Shown here piece after piece: positions 29,660 to 39,933 of a stretch of DNA of 64,000 bases. Numbering within the stretch: position 1 is the first letter of the stretch; each line of letters starts with the position of its first letter. The notes beneath the pieces are model-generated. The model saw only the letters and a program-made list of their open reading frames with translations, searched no databases and was not told the origin of the DNA. A program made the translations under genes and the position numbers. The stretch spans positions 1,774 to 65,773 of the forward strand of contig CAYSJA010000030.1 of assembly GCA_964431235.1 (NCBI GenBank), in the 5' to 3' direction. The DNA comes from an uncultured Gammaproteobacteria bacterium (GTDB taxonomy: Bacteria; Patescibacteriota; Patescibacteriia; Patescibacteriales; UBA12465).

Positions 29660-29717
29660 AGTTTTAATTTACTTTATTCTAATTTATTATTAAATATTTA
29701 ACAAGTTTAGATTTAAT

Positions 29718-31172
29718 TTAAACTCTAAATTGCTTTTTTATATTCTTATCCTCTTCCTGCCTCTTTTCCTCTATTACTTCCTTGGCTTTTTTACGCAACG
29801 TCTTTAAATTAAGATTATTAAGATTTTCTGCTCTTGCCAATAAAATTTTTCTATCGTTTTTTTTGGGTTCCTCTATTACCTCGCTAAGTAAAACATCCAA
29901 AATAGCGCCGATTTTAGGACCAGGTTTTATTTCGAGCTTTGACATTAAATCATCTCCGTTTACCTTCAACATTTTAACCGACACCGGATCATGTTGAACT
30001 TTCTCCATCATATATTGTAGATGCCTTAATTTATAAGGCATAGCCTTAGTAATACCCGAACCTAAACGGTCTGCTACCCTTAAATCAATCAAATCAGATA
30101 AATTCTCCCGTCCAACTTTAGCGATTAAGCGCCTAACCGAGGCAGCGGTAACTTCTCCGACATTATAATAAAACATATGATTTTTTACCAAATTAACCAC
30201 CTTCTCTCTATCTTCATTGGTAAATTTTAATCTCAACATTATTCTGTCAACCATTTTAGCTCCTAAATACTCATGATTATAAAAAGTTGAAATATTATTG
30301 ATTATCTTTTTGGTTTTAGGCTTGGCAACATCATGAAGAAGAGCGGCTAGGCGCACCTGCCAATCAGAATTAGGACAATATTTCAAAGCTAGAACATTAT
30401 GTTTAAAAACTGGATAAATATGATGCCTATCTTGCTTAACTGCAACTCCTTGTTCTAACTCAGGAATAATATATTGTAATAGTTTGTTATTATGAAGTAA
30501 CAAAATCCCGGCTGCCGGGTGCTTTGAAGCTAATATTTTAATCAGTTCGTCTCGTATCCTTTCTTTGGAAATAAATTTAATGCTGCCGGCTAATCTTACA
30601 ATAGCGCGCTGGGTTTTTGGTTCTAAAGAAAAATTTAATTGAGAACTGAAGCGAATCGCTCTTAACATACGCAGAGCATCTTCTTTAAATCTGTCTGCCG
30701 GTTCACCAATAGCTCTAATAATTTTTCTCTTTATATCTTTCTTACCGCCATAAATATCAATTATTTCTTGGGGTTTATCCGGATCAATTGCTAAAGAATT
30801 AACTGTAAAATCACGACGAGATAAATCTTTTTCCAAAGAATCTTCAAAATTAATTTTATCAGGATGGCGGCGATCAGAATAATTACTTTCGCTGCGATAA
30901 GTAGTTATTTCCAAAACTGCCCTTACTTTTCCCTTCTTTTCTATGCCTATTTCTTTTCTAATCGGCAAAATTACAGTTCCAAAAGAGTTATTATATTTAG
31001 CATTAGGAAAAATTTTAATTAGTTCATCAGGTTTGGCATTGGTAGTTATATCCCAATCTTGGGGATCTTTTTCCATTAAAAAATCACGTACGCAACCACC
31101 TACGATATAGGTTTCAAATCCCTGTTTTTTAATAGCCTTGGTTGTATTAAGGACAAATTTTGGTATTTTCAT
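29718..31172 (-). CDS. cca: CCA tRNA nucleotidyltransferase with HD domain
   Basis: GGCVRDFLM...DWDITT pol-beta nucleotidyltransferase motif; HD motif LLHDVAK. Confidence 0.8.
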   Translation of the reverse strand: MKIPKFVLNTTKAIKKQGFETYIVGGCVRDFLMEKDPQDWDITTNAKPDELIKIFPNAKYNNSFGTVILPIRKEIGIEKKGKVRAVLEITTYRSESNYSDRRHPDKINFEDSLEKDLSRRDFTVNSLAIDPDKPQEIIDIYGGKKDIKRKIIRAIGEPADRFKEDALRMLRAIRFSSQLNFSLEPKTQRAIVRLAGSIKFISKERIRDELIKILASKHPAAGILLLHNNKLLQYIIPELEQGVAVKQDRHHIYPVFKHNVLALKYCPNSDWQVRLAALLHDVAKPKTKKIINNISTFYNHEYLGAKMVDRIMLRLKFTNEDREKVVNLVKNHMFYYNVGEVTAASVRRLIAKVGRENLSDLIDLRVADRLGSGITKAMPYKLRHLQYMMEKVQHDPVSVKMLKVNGDDLMSKLEIKPGPKIGAILDVLLSEVIEEPKKNDRKILLARAENLNNLNLKTLRKKAKEVIEEKRQEEDKNIKKQFRV

Positions 31173-31187
31173 GAAATAATTATAATC

Positions 31188-32891
31188 TTATTTTTTTCTT
31201 TTAGCAAAAAATTTAGTATGAATAAGCTTAGTTGTCATTTTTTTGTCTTTTACCCATTTATAGTAATTTAACATTACCTGATTTTCATGGGCTCGACGCA
31301 TCTTCTTATCAAGATCTATCTTATACAAACCTTGGCTACGTCTCTTCTTAATCTCAAAAGTAGTAGGAAAAGGTTGTCCACCACCGCCTAGGCAACCGCC
31401 AGGACAAGCCATAACTTCAATATAATGATAATTTTTTAATTTAGTAATAATCTTGGGAAAATTACCAATACCGCTTACAACTGCTACTTTTAGTTTTTTT
31501 CTACCTAAATTAACTGTTGCCTCTTTTATTCCTTTTAACCCTCTTACTTCTTTAAATTCTAATTTAGGCAAAATAGTTCTCTCTTTTTTATTTTTATTAT
31601 ATAAAACAACTGCTGAGCGTAGAGCTGATTCCATTACTCCGCCGGAAGTGCCATAAATGGCAGCCGCCCCAGAACCATCGTTAAATAAAGAATTTGTTTC
31701 GCTATCTTTAAGTGTCGCTAGATCAATCCCCTGCTTTTTCAGCATAAAAGCAAATTCTCTTACCGTCAAGACATAATCTACTAAGCGCCTATTTTTATAA
31801 AATAGTTCTTTTCGTCCAGCCTCGTGTTTTTTGGCAGTACAAGGAACAATTGAAAGTATTTTTATCTTTTTGTCGCTTAATTTATTTTTCTTAGCAAAAT
31901 AGCTTTTTATAGCTCCGGCACTATGAATATGAGGTGAACGAGAGGTAGTAAGACAAGGAATGAGTTCAGGGTGATAAAATTCAACATAAGCAACCCAAGA
32001 TGGACAACAAGAAGTCATCATTGGTAAAATCGCTTTCTTGCTATCCAACCTTTCTAAAAGTTCTTCAGCCTCTACCATAGTGGTAATGTCAGCACCAAAA
32101 TTTATATCAAAAACATAAGAAAAACCGATTTTTTTTAAAGCTGTGTTTATTTTTTTAGCACAGTTTGTGCCATAGGGTAAACCAAATTCTTCGCCTAAAG
32201 AAACTCTAACAGCCGGTGCAAACTGAGCTACCATAATATTATCCTTATTTTCAAGGGCTTTTTCTACTTCTAGCCATTGAGTTTGCTCTTGAGCAGCTGC
32301 TACCGGACAAACATTAGTACATTGGCCACAATAAATACAAGCTTTATTCTTATCAGCTACTGGTTTAACCTCCTGTTTGTAGCCATTACCGTCAAAATGC
32401 AAAAATTCAATTCCTTGCAAAGCACAAGCTTCTATGCAATTACCACAATCAATACATTGGCTACCATCTATTTCTACGGCATTGGAAAATTTATAAGTTT
32501 TACGATTATATTTTCTATCAGTAAATTCAGTTATTTTAATATTATAATCACGCGCCAAGTTCAATAAACCACAATTAAAACGCAAAGTGCAATCTGCACA
32601 TTTTTCAATATGAGAAGCAAATAGGAGCTCAATATTCAAACGCCTCATTTTTCTAACTTTCTCTGATTCTGTTAATATTTCCATCCCCTCCCTTACTAAT
32701 GTAGAATCAGCCGCTTGCAATTTCCTTTCCCCTTTTATTTCTATTAAAGATATTCTATCTCCGCCTTTATTTTTTAAATCCGGATGGTAGGAAAGAAAAG
32801 GAATTTTGATATTATTTTTAAGCGCTACTTCTAATATAGTTTCACCTGGCTTAACTATTAATTTATTATTATTAATTTTAATGTGAATCAT
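31188..32891 (-). CDS. hydA: [FeFe]-hydrogenase catalytic subunit HydA
   Basis: H-cluster motifs L1 MMTSCCPSW, L2 VPCTAKKHE, L3 EVMACPGGCLGGGGQP; two 4Fe-4S motifs CIDCGNCIEAC and CIYCGQCTNVCP; His-ligated cluster region HIEKCADC...NCG; no Cys in the first ~95 residues. Confidence 0.85.
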   Translation of the reverse strand: MIHIKINNNKLIVKPGETILEVALKNNIKIPFLSYHPDLKNKGGDRISLIEIKGERKLQAADSTLVREGMEILTESEKVRKMRRLNIELLFASHIEKCADCTLRFNCGLLNLARDYNIKITEFTDRKYNRKTYKFSNAVEIDGSQCIDCGNCIEACALQGIEFLHFDGNGYKQEVKPVADKNKACIYCGQCTNVCPVAAAQEQTQWLEVEKALENKDNIMVAQFAPAVRVSLGEEFGLPYGTNCAKKINTALKKIGFSYVFDINFGADITTMVEAEELLERLDSKKAILPMMTSCCPSWVAYVEFYHPELIPCLTTSRSPHIHSAGAIKSYFAKKNKLSDKKIKILSIVPCTAKKHEAGRKELFYKNRRLVDYVLTVREFAFMLKKQGIDLATLKDSETNSLFNDGSGAAAIYGTSGGVMESALRSAVVLYNKNKKERTILPKLEFKEVRGLKGIKEATVNLGRKKLKVAVVSGIGNFPKIITKLKNYHYIEVMACPGGCLGGGGQPFPTTFEIKKRRSQGLYKIDLDKKMRRAHENQVMLNYYKWVKDKKMTTKLIHTKFFAKRKK

Positions 32892-32910
32892 TAAATATAA
32901 TTTCTATTTT

Positions 32911-33975
32911 TTATTTTTGTTTATAAATATTTTCTAAATAACTTTTTACAGTCTGGGACAGAGATGATCCTAAAGAACAAAAACTAGCCTGCTCTAAATT
33001 ATCAAGTAAATCAATGAATTTTTTCTTATTAATTTCTCCCTTTTTCAGCATCTCCCTAAGACGATAGCTTCCTTCCCGACAAGGTGTACATAAACCACAG
33101 CTTTCTGTTTCATAATATTTAAGCCAATAATTAAGCAACTTATCCTTATCAGTCTTCTCTTTATTAAAAACCATAATAAAACCAGAGCCTTCAATTGGCG
33201 CTAAAAGCTGATTTTTGTCCAATACTTCGCCGCAAACCTCTCCGCCAAGTATAGCAAAAAAATCAAAATCGGGATAATTATCAGTCGCTCGTAAAATATC
33301 TTCAGCACTAGCATCAGCTGGTAAAGAATAGACGCCCTTATATTTAACCGCGCCCGAAATTGTATATAAACGCTTGCCTTGATATTTATTCTTTGAAATC
33401 AGGCTAACACTATACAAAGTTTCTACATTATTAACTAAAGTTGGTAAATTATTAATTCCCTTTTCGGCCGGAAAAGGCGGTCTTTTTTTAGGCTCCGCCC
33501 TATTTCCTTCTATTATATTCAAAACCGCGCTCTCTTCGCCACCAATATAGCTTGGACTTAACGGTTTGATAAAAAATTTAATTTTTTTAGCTAAAAATAA
33601 ATATTTTTTTTCTGATTTTAAAACGGCAAACAGAGATTTACTGTATAAATTATAGTATTTTCTATTGATATAAAAATAAACTGTCTTTATTTTATTCTTC
33701 CCCAAAAAATTATAAGCCAAATTTATACCATCTATCACTGTTGGTGCTTCATTTTTAAGCAAAAAAGCGTCCTTCTTTACCCCGGGCTCTCCTTCGGCAG
33801 CATTAACCACTATATAACCTCCGGAAACCCTTCTTAAAGCACTTTTAACTATTAGCCATTTTTTAGCAGTTGGAAAATTAGCTCCACCTCGCCCGACTAA
33901 ACCAGCATTTTCAATCTTTTCAATTATACTTTGACTTTTCATGCCTTTAACGCGCCGTCCAGCCGCCATCAACAT
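32911..33975 (-). CDS. NuoF-like NAD(P)H-binding flavoprotein (hydrogenase HydB-like, truncated)
   Basis: GRGGANFPTAKKW, FMN-site NAAEGEPGVKKD, 4Fe-4S N3 motif ESCGLCTPCREG. It is 354 aa, with no N-terminal thioredoxin-like or C-terminal ferredoxin extensions. Confidence 0.75.
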   Translation of the reverse strand: MLMAAGRRVKGMKSQSIIEKIENAGLVGRGGANFPTAKKWLIVKSALRRVSGGYIVVNAAEGEPGVKKDAFLLKNEAPTVIDGINLAYNFLGKNKIKTVYFYINRKYYNLYSKSLFAVLKSEKKYLFLAKKIKFFIKPLSPSYIGGEESAVLNIIEGNRAEPKKRPPFPAEKGINNLPTLVNNVETLYSVSLISKNKYQGKRLYTISGAVKYKGVYSLPADASAEDILRATDNYPDFDFFAILGGEVCGEVLDKNQLLAPIEGSGFIMVFNKEKTDKDKLLNYWLKYYETESCGLCTPCREGSYRLREMLKKGEINKKKFIDLLDNLEQASFCSLGSSLSQTVKSYLENIYKQK

Positions 33976-34684
33976 GCAAAACAGTGCCGGTTATATATTT
34001 AGACTCATCGCTAGCTAAATAAAGAACAGCCTGAGCAATATCATTAGGTTCGCCAATGTGACCTAAAGGAGTATTATTTGTCACCATCTCGTTAAACTTA
34101 TCATCGCTAAGAACACCTTCAGTCATCTTAGTTTTAATGAAACCTGGAGCAACCGCATTTATTCTAATGTTATAAGGGGCTAAATCTAAAGCAGCGGCAT
34201 GAGTAAGTTGAACAACTCCACCCTTGGAAGAAGAATAAGCAATTGTTTGCGCCATGCCCACAGTCCCTAAAATAGAGCTAATATTAATAATTGAACCTTC
34301 TATGCCTTTTTCCTTCATTGATTTAGCTGCTAGCTGACTACCATAGAAAACACCATAAAGATTTATCTTTATTGTCTTATCCCAATCTTCATGAGTTGCT
34401 TCCAAAATTCCACCTAAACCGCCAATACCGGCATTATTTACCATTACATCCAAACGACCAAATTTATCCAAAGTTTTTTTTATTAAAGCTTCTATATTTT
34501 CTTTCTTGGAAACATCGCAACGAAAATAAAAAGCTGAGCCTTCTTTTAATTCTAACCCTTCAGAGCTTTCATAAATATCAGAATAAACAACTTTAGCTCC
34601 TTGAGAAACAAACAAATTGGCTGTAGCTTTGCCAATACCAGAAGCGGCTCCGGTTACTATTGCTACTTTATCTTTTAATCTCAT
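33947..34684 (-). CDS. SDR family oxidoreductase (FabG-like)
   Basis: VAIVTGAASGIGKA Rossmann motif; catalytic Yxx(x)K YSSSK; NNAG motif. Confidence 0.8.
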   Translation of the reverse strand: MRLKDKVAIVTGAASGIGKATANLFVSQGAKVVYSDIYESSEGLELKEGSAFYFRCDVSKKENIEALIKKTLDKFGRLDVMVNNAGIGGLGGILEATHEDWDKTIKINLYGVFYGSQLAAKSMKEKGIEGSIINISSILGTVGMAQTIAYSSSKGGVVQLTHAAALDLAPYNIRINAVAPGFIKTKMTEGVLSDDKFNEMVTNNTPLGHIGEPNDIAQAVLYLASDESKYITGTVLHVDGGWTAR

Positions 34685-34733
34685 ATGTTTTATTGTTTAA
34701 TTATTAATTATATTATTGAATTTATAAATTTGA

Positions 34734-35747
34734 TTATTTTATAAATTTAGATATATAAACAGCCAGCTCAACTAAACGATTGGAATATCCCCATTCATTA
34801 TCGTACCAGGATACTACTTTTAATAAATCGCCACCTATAAGTTTGGTGGAAGGTAAATCAATAATGGTACTATGAGAATTACCAACTATATCAGAAGAAA
34901 CTATCTCTTCATTACAGGCCTCTAAAATTCCTTTTAATTTTCCGCTAGCCGCTTGAGAAAAAACTTTATTAACTGCTTCCTTAGTGGTTTTTTTCTTAAG
35001 CAGATAAACAGCATCGCATAAAGAACCAACCAGGGTAGGAACGCGCATCGCTAAACCGTCAAAGTTATTTTTTAAACTAGGAATAACTTCTGAGGTGGCT
35101 ATAGCCGCACCGGTAGTGGTAGGTACGATATTCAAAGCCGCTGCCCGACCACGACGCTTATCTTTATTAGGACCATCAACTAAATTCTGGCCAGCGGTAT
35201 AAGAATGAATAGTGGTCATTAATGCTTTTTTAATACCAAAACGCTTTTTAATAAGTTCTGTTGCTGGCGCCAAACAATTAGTAGTACAAGAAGCGCAAGA
35301 AACTAAATGATCTGATTTTCTAATCTTTTTTTCGTTAACTCCTAAAACTATTGTTTTTATTTCTTTCCCTTTAGCCGGTGCTGATAGCACCACTTTTTTA
35401 GCCCCGGCTAATAAATGGGCACTAAGAGCTTCTTTATCACGAAATATACCAGTACACTCTAGAACTAAATCAACCTTTAATTTTTTCCAGGGTAAATCTT
35501 TTGGATTTTTATTAGAAAATACCGGGATTCTCTTCTTACCCACAATAATAGAATTTTTGGTGTGGCTTACTTTTTTATCATAAATACCATAGGCGGAATC
35601 AAATTTTAAGAGATGTGCTAAAATTTCAGTATCAGCCAAATCATTAATCGCTACTATGTTGATATTAAAAAAACTATCGTTTATGATTTTAAAAGCGCTT
35701 CGGCCAATGCGGCCAAAACCATTGATAGCTAAATTTATTTTTTTCAT
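34734..35747 (-). CDS. gap: type I glyceraldehyde-3-phosphate dehydrogenase
   Basis: INGFGRIGR and active-site ASCTTNCLAP. Confidence 0.9.
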   Translation of the reverse strand: MKKINLAINGFGRIGRSAFKIINDSFFNINIVAINDLADTEILAHLLKFDSAYGIYDKKVSHTKNSIIVGKKRIPVFSNKNPKDLPWKKLKVDLVLECTGIFRDKEALSAHLLAGAKKVVLSAPAKGKEIKTIVLGVNEKKIRKSDHLVSCASCTTNCLAPATELIKKRFGIKKALMTTIHSYTAGQNLVDGPNKDKRRGRAAALNIVPTTTGAAIATSEVIPSLKNNFDGLAMRVPTLVGSLCDAVYLLKKKTTKEAVNKVFSQAASGKLKGILEACNEEIVSSDIVGNSHSTIIDLPSTKLIGGDLLKVVSWYDNEWGYSNRLVELAVYISKFIK

Positions 35748-35890
35748 AAATTGAAATTTTTAAACTATTAAAAATAATTAATCTATAAATTAATTTATAT
35801 TAATATTATAACATAATTTAAGTTATGTGAGAAAATTTAAAAAATCACCCTTGATTATTGGATGATTTTTTATATCCTTATCTATATTCT

Positions 35891-36697
35891 TTATTTTTCA
35901 TATTTTCGGCGAAAAGGATCGACTTCAATAATAGTTTCCTTATCATCCGAGCTATTAGGCGGTATTTTGACATTGATAGTTTGCTTTAAAATATTATGAC
36001 TACAAACGATTCCTTTCTCTCCATTTATTTTCACTTTTGTGCCTATTGGCGGTAATTTATCAAGAAGTTCTTTATAACCGTCGTATTCAAAAGACAAGCA
36101 ACACTTTAAGCGTCCGCACATGCCAGAAATTCTTTCTGAACCGCGATGGACTACCTGTTGAATTTCTGCCATTTCCGAAGTAATGGAAGAAAACTCGCTT
36201 AAAAACTTTCGGCAACAAAGAGGCCGACCGCAAGGACCATAATCACCCATTACTTTAGCTTCGTCCCTGGTTCCTATTTGAGTTAATCTAATATTAGCTC
36301 CTAAGTAAGCGGATAATTCTTTTACCAAATCCCGGAAATCAACGCGACCGTCGGCAATAAAGGCAAAATTTATTTTATTTTTTTCCCAGGAAAAATAAAC
36401 ATCTACTAACTTCATAGGCAAATTAAGTCTATCTATTGCTTGCTTACAGAAAATCATCGCTTCTTCTTTTCTTTTTGGATCAACCGAACGGTTGATATCT
36501 TCAAAATTAGCCTTTCTGACAACTGGTTTTAATTCTTGGTTATCTTTTTCATTTTCTCCGCAAACTATTACCTTTCCCAATTCTTGCCCCATTTCTGTTT
36601 TTACTATTACGTAATCACCGCACTTTAAATCTATTCCCGGATTAAAAAAAGTATAAATTTTATCCCAAGGAGCAAACTGTACTTGGATAATACTCAT
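35891..36697 (-). CDS. PSP1 domain protein (RicT/YaaT-like)
   Basis: PSP1 C-terminal-domain-like conservation with a Cys cluster GPCGRPLCC...MCGRLKCC. Confidence 0.6.
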   Translation of the reverse strand: MSIIQVQFAPWDKIYTFFNPGIDLKCGDYVIVKTEMGQELGKVIVCGENEKDNQELKPVVRKANFEDINRSVDPKRKEEAMIFCKQAIDRLNLPMKLVDVYFSWEKNKINFAFIADGRVDFRDLVKELSAYLGANIRLTQIGTRDEAKVMGDYGPCGRPLCCRKFLSEFSSITSEMAEIQQVVHRGSERISGMCGRLKCCLSFEYDGYKELLDKLPPIGTKVKINGEKGIVCSHNILKQTINVKIPPNSSDDKETIIEVDPFRRKYEK

Positions 36698-36717
36698 AAA
36701 AAATTATTATTCTATAA

Positions 36718-37512
36718 TTATAAAGAATAACGAACAAATCCTAAAATATTAATTCCATCTAAGATATCTTTAACTTTCTTTTTGTCTTCTTTAATGTATT
36801 CCTGTTCCAATAAACAAATCTCGGAATAATATTTTTCCATTTTACCTTTAATAATTTTATCCAGTATAATTTCCGGTTTACCTTCTTTTATAAGTTGCTC
36901 TTTATAAATAGATCTTTCTTTTTCTGCCTCTTCAAAGGGGATTTCTTCCGGCCTAAGATATTTAGGGTTAGCGGCTGCCACTTGCATTGCTATTTCAGTA
37001 GCTAAATCAGCTTTGTTTGGCTTGTCAAGAGCCACTAAAACTCCAATTTTACCGCCTGAATGGGAATAAGCGGCTACAGTACTGCCAGTTAAAGCGGCAA
37101 AACGATTTATCTCCATTTTTTCACCAATGGTACCGCTAAGATTTTTCAAAACATCTAAAATAGACGACTCGGCGAATGGCAAAGATAAAAGCTCTTCTAA
37201 ATTTACCGGCTTTTTATCTCTTACAAGCTCTAAAACTTCATCAGCAAATTTTTGAAATTTTTCATTACGAGCAACAAAATCTGTTTCACTGTTAAGCTCT
37301 ATGATATAACCTTCATTACCGGCTTTATTAACAACAACTTTAATCACACCTTCATTTGTTTCACGATCAGTCCTTTTAGTAGCTTTAGCAATACCATTTT
37401 TACGTAATATTTCTATTGCCTTATCTAAATCATTATTAGCTTCTTTTAAAGCTTTCTGGCAATCAACCATACCGGCACCGGTCAAAGATCTGATTTTTTT
37501 AATAAGTTCCAT
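36718..37512 (-). CDS. tsf: translation elongation factor Ts
   Basis: N-terminal UBA-like LTGAGMVDCQKAL; downstream of rpsB. Confidence 0.85.
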   Translation of the reverse strand: MELIKKIRSLTGAGMVDCQKALKEANNDLDKAIEILRKNGIAKATKRTDRETNEGVIKVVVNKAGNEGYIIELNSETDFVARNEKFQKFADEVLELVRDKKPVNLEELLSLPFAESSILDVLKNLSGTIGEKMEINRFAALTGSTVAAYSHSGGKIGVLVALDKPNKADLATEIAMQVAAANPKYLRPEEIPFEEAEKERSIYKEQLIKEGKPEIILDKIIKGKMEKYYSEICLLEQEYIKEDKKKVKDILDGINILGFVRYSL

Positions 37513-37563
37513 ATATTTTTACAGATTTAAAAAACGGGTTTTACATTTTTAGAAACCTGCTAA

Positions 37564-38259
37564 TTATTTATTTAAATTTTCTTTGGCTTCAAATAATTTT
37601 TCTTTAATTAGCCCTAAAATCAAAGCAATAGTTTTAGTGGAGTCATCATTAGCCGGAATTGGATAATTGACCAACTCCGGATTAACATTGGTATCACAAA
37701 TAGCCACAATCGGAATATTTTTCTGTTTAGCTTCTCTAACAGCAGTTTCTTCTTTTTTTATATCCCAAATAAATAGAGCGTCCGGTAATTTATTAAGGCT
37801 GGTTAGACCACCGACTCTTTCCTTTAATTTAGCAATTTCTCGATCAAATTCTAATCTTTCCTTCTTGGTATATTTTTCTAAACGACCAGAATCTTTCTTC
37901 TCCACCAAATCAAGGAATTTCTTTACCGACTTCTTCACCACTGAAAAATTAGTTAAATATCCGCCTAGCCATTTACCGACTATATAAGGTTGATTAATTT
38001 CTTCTGCCATTTTTTTTAAAGGAGAGGATACTTGATTCTTAGTGCCAACAAACAGGATATTTTTATTCTCGGACACTAGTTTGATCATAAATTCCAAAGC
38101 TTCCTCTAATTTCTTTTGGCTTTTTTCCAAATCAATAATATAGATGCCATTTTTAACAGTAAAAATGAATTCTTTCATTTTTGGATGCCAACGGTTGGTC
38201 CGATGGCCAAAGTGCATGCCAGCTTTCAGCATGTCTTCAAGAGTAGGAATGTTCTCCAT
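37564..38259 (-). CDS. rpsB: 30S ribosomal protein S2
   Basis: LKAGMHFGHRTNRWHPKM. Confidence 0.9.
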   Translation of the reverse strand: MENIPTLEDMLKAGMHFGHRTNRWHPKMKEFIFTVKNGIYIIDLEKSQKKLEEALEFMIKLVSENKNILFVGTKNQVSSPLKKMAEEINQPYIVGKWLGGYLTNFSVVKKSVKKFLDLVEKKDSGRLEKYTKKERLEFDREIAKLKERVGGLTSLNKLPDALFIWDIKKEETAVREAKQKNIPIVAICDTNVNPELVNYPIPANDDSTKTIALILGLIKEKLFEAKENLNK

Positions 38260-38619
38260 AATTTTTCTTTTTTACGTCTGCTCCTCTACCTTGAGTTAAG
38301 GAAGAAAATAAAGGCCAACGCCCTAGAAGCATGATGTTTAATTAAAAATATCTGCTAACAGCAGAATTTACTTATATTATTTCTATCTTTAGAATATTAT
38401 ACATTATTGTTAATTTTTGTCAATTTAAAAAATATTATTGTTTTTTCCTTTTTAGATAAACTATTGTACTTTTTAGCGATTTGCCTTTGTTCTGGAATCG
38501 TTATTCCCTAAAAAATACCTCTTTGTCCATATTGGTCAGCTTTTGTCTTAAAAAAACGGTTTGAAATTTTTGCTCTTTCTTTATTTTTTAATCTACAAAC
38601 TAAAATTATGTTAAATATT

Positions 38620-39933
38620 CTATTTCTGATAAAAATCAGCTAAAAGACGATTAAAACTATCTACTTTCTGATTGTAATTAATTATTTGGTAATAAGAAGC
38701 ATTAGCTTGTGGGCGATTATTGGTAATGTCATAGTAAAGGATTCTCAATTCTTCTGCCTTTTCTCTTACTTCCTTGGCTCCCTGATAAACTTGGCCTGAT
38801 ATTTTATTATAAATCTCAATTTTTCCTAAAGTATCTTCCGAAAACAAAGCCTCAAAATCATAATTTGAAATTTCGGCCTGACCATCGCTAATATTTTTTG
38901 GAATAACACCAACTGGAAAATAATTAGTCGTCTCTACATAACAATAATCTGATCCGGCTAAAGAATATTCTTGCTCGCAAGCCAAGCCCAAAACACTATG
39001 GTTAATATCAGGAAAATCAATAATTGCCACCCCATAACCAAGACGCTTTAAAATAACATAAGCTAAAAAAGTCTTGTCAGAACAAACTCCTTTGTTAAGG
39101 TAGATAGTTTCATAAGGATAATAAGGATAAATTTTTTCTAATTCTGACTTTTCTTGATCATAAGGAATATACTGGACAAGAGCTAAAACTAATTCAGCTA
39201 TTTTATCTCCCGACCAATTGTTAATAATCGCTATTTTTTCTAAATGAGAAATAATCTCATCAATACTGGTATCTCCTGACTTTGTTTCTAAAAATAAATT
39301 ATAAAATGATTCTTTTAAATTAGGGGGAGGTGAAGCGACCGGATAACTTAAAACCTTGGAAGAATTCTTATAGTTTTCATATAAAGACGGAGATAAATTC
39401 AAATTTAAATTCTGCTGATTATTTTCATATCTAAAAGTTAAGCTCTGCGAGATTAAATTATCAAAAATATTATCAACAGCCGATTTTTCCGTCTCTGAAC
39501 TAGAGGCAATAACGATTTTGGCTAAATTAGTATTGCTTATCCCTAATCCTAAACTACAAATTACATTAAAAGCGTCATTAGGACGACCAAGATAATAAAG
39601 CTGAAGATCAAGAGGATTTACATAATAAGCCTGCCCTTTATCTTCAATTTGTAATAAAATGCGGCCGGCAAGACGGACAGGCGCTGATGAAGATAAAAAA
39701 ACACTAATATCTTTATTACTAGCCCCTAAACCAAAATCTTTCATAATCCTATAAGCATCATCGGGACGGCCAAGATAATAGCGCTGATTATTATTAGGAT
39801 TTACATACCAGGCCTGTCCTTTATCCTCCACTTGTAATAAAATGCGGCCGGTAAGAGAAACTGCCTGAGCTTCAAATAAAAATAACCAAGAAATAATAAA
39901 AAATAAGAAAACTATTATTTTATTTACTTTCAT
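38620..39933 (-). CDS. secreted hypothetical protein with a tandemly duplicated ~55-aa N-terminal module and a Cys/His-containing C-terminal domain
   Basis: Signal peptide. Residues ~28-80 and ~88-140 are paralogous (GRILLQVEDKGQAWYVNP...YYLGRPDDA versus GRILLQIEDKGQAYYVNP...YYLGRPNDA). The DNA shows ~180-nt tandem copies within about 39514-39852. Confidence 0.55.
   Translation of the reverse strand: MKVNKIIVFLFFIISWLFLFEAQAVSLTGRILLQVEDKGQAWYVNPNNNQRYYLGRPDDAYRIMKDFGLGASNKDISVFLSSSAPVRLAGRILLQIEDKGQAYYVNPLDLQLYYLGRPNDAFNVICSLGLGISNTNLAKIVIASSSETEKSAVDNIFDNLISQSLTFRYENNQQNLNLNLSPSLYENYKNSSKVLSYPVASPPPNLKESFYNLFLETKSGDTSIDEIISHLEKIAIINNWSGDKIAELVLALVQYIPYDQEKSELEKIYPYYPYETIYLNKGVCSDKTFLAYVILKRLGYGVAIIDFPDINHSVLGLACEQEYSLAGSDYCYVETTNYFPVGVIPKNISDGQAEISNYDFEALFSEDTLGKIEIYNKISGQVYQGAKEVREKAEELRILYYDITNNRPQANASYYQIINYNQKVDSFNRLLADFYQK

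Noticed and set aside
38345-38372. Hairpin TCTGCT-AAC-AGCAGA in the rpsB leader
   Set aside because: The stem is only 6 bp. It lies ~250 nt from the upstream gene stop and ~90 nt from the rpsB start. It could be a weak terminator or part of the S2 autoregulatory leader, but it cannot be supported from sequence alone.
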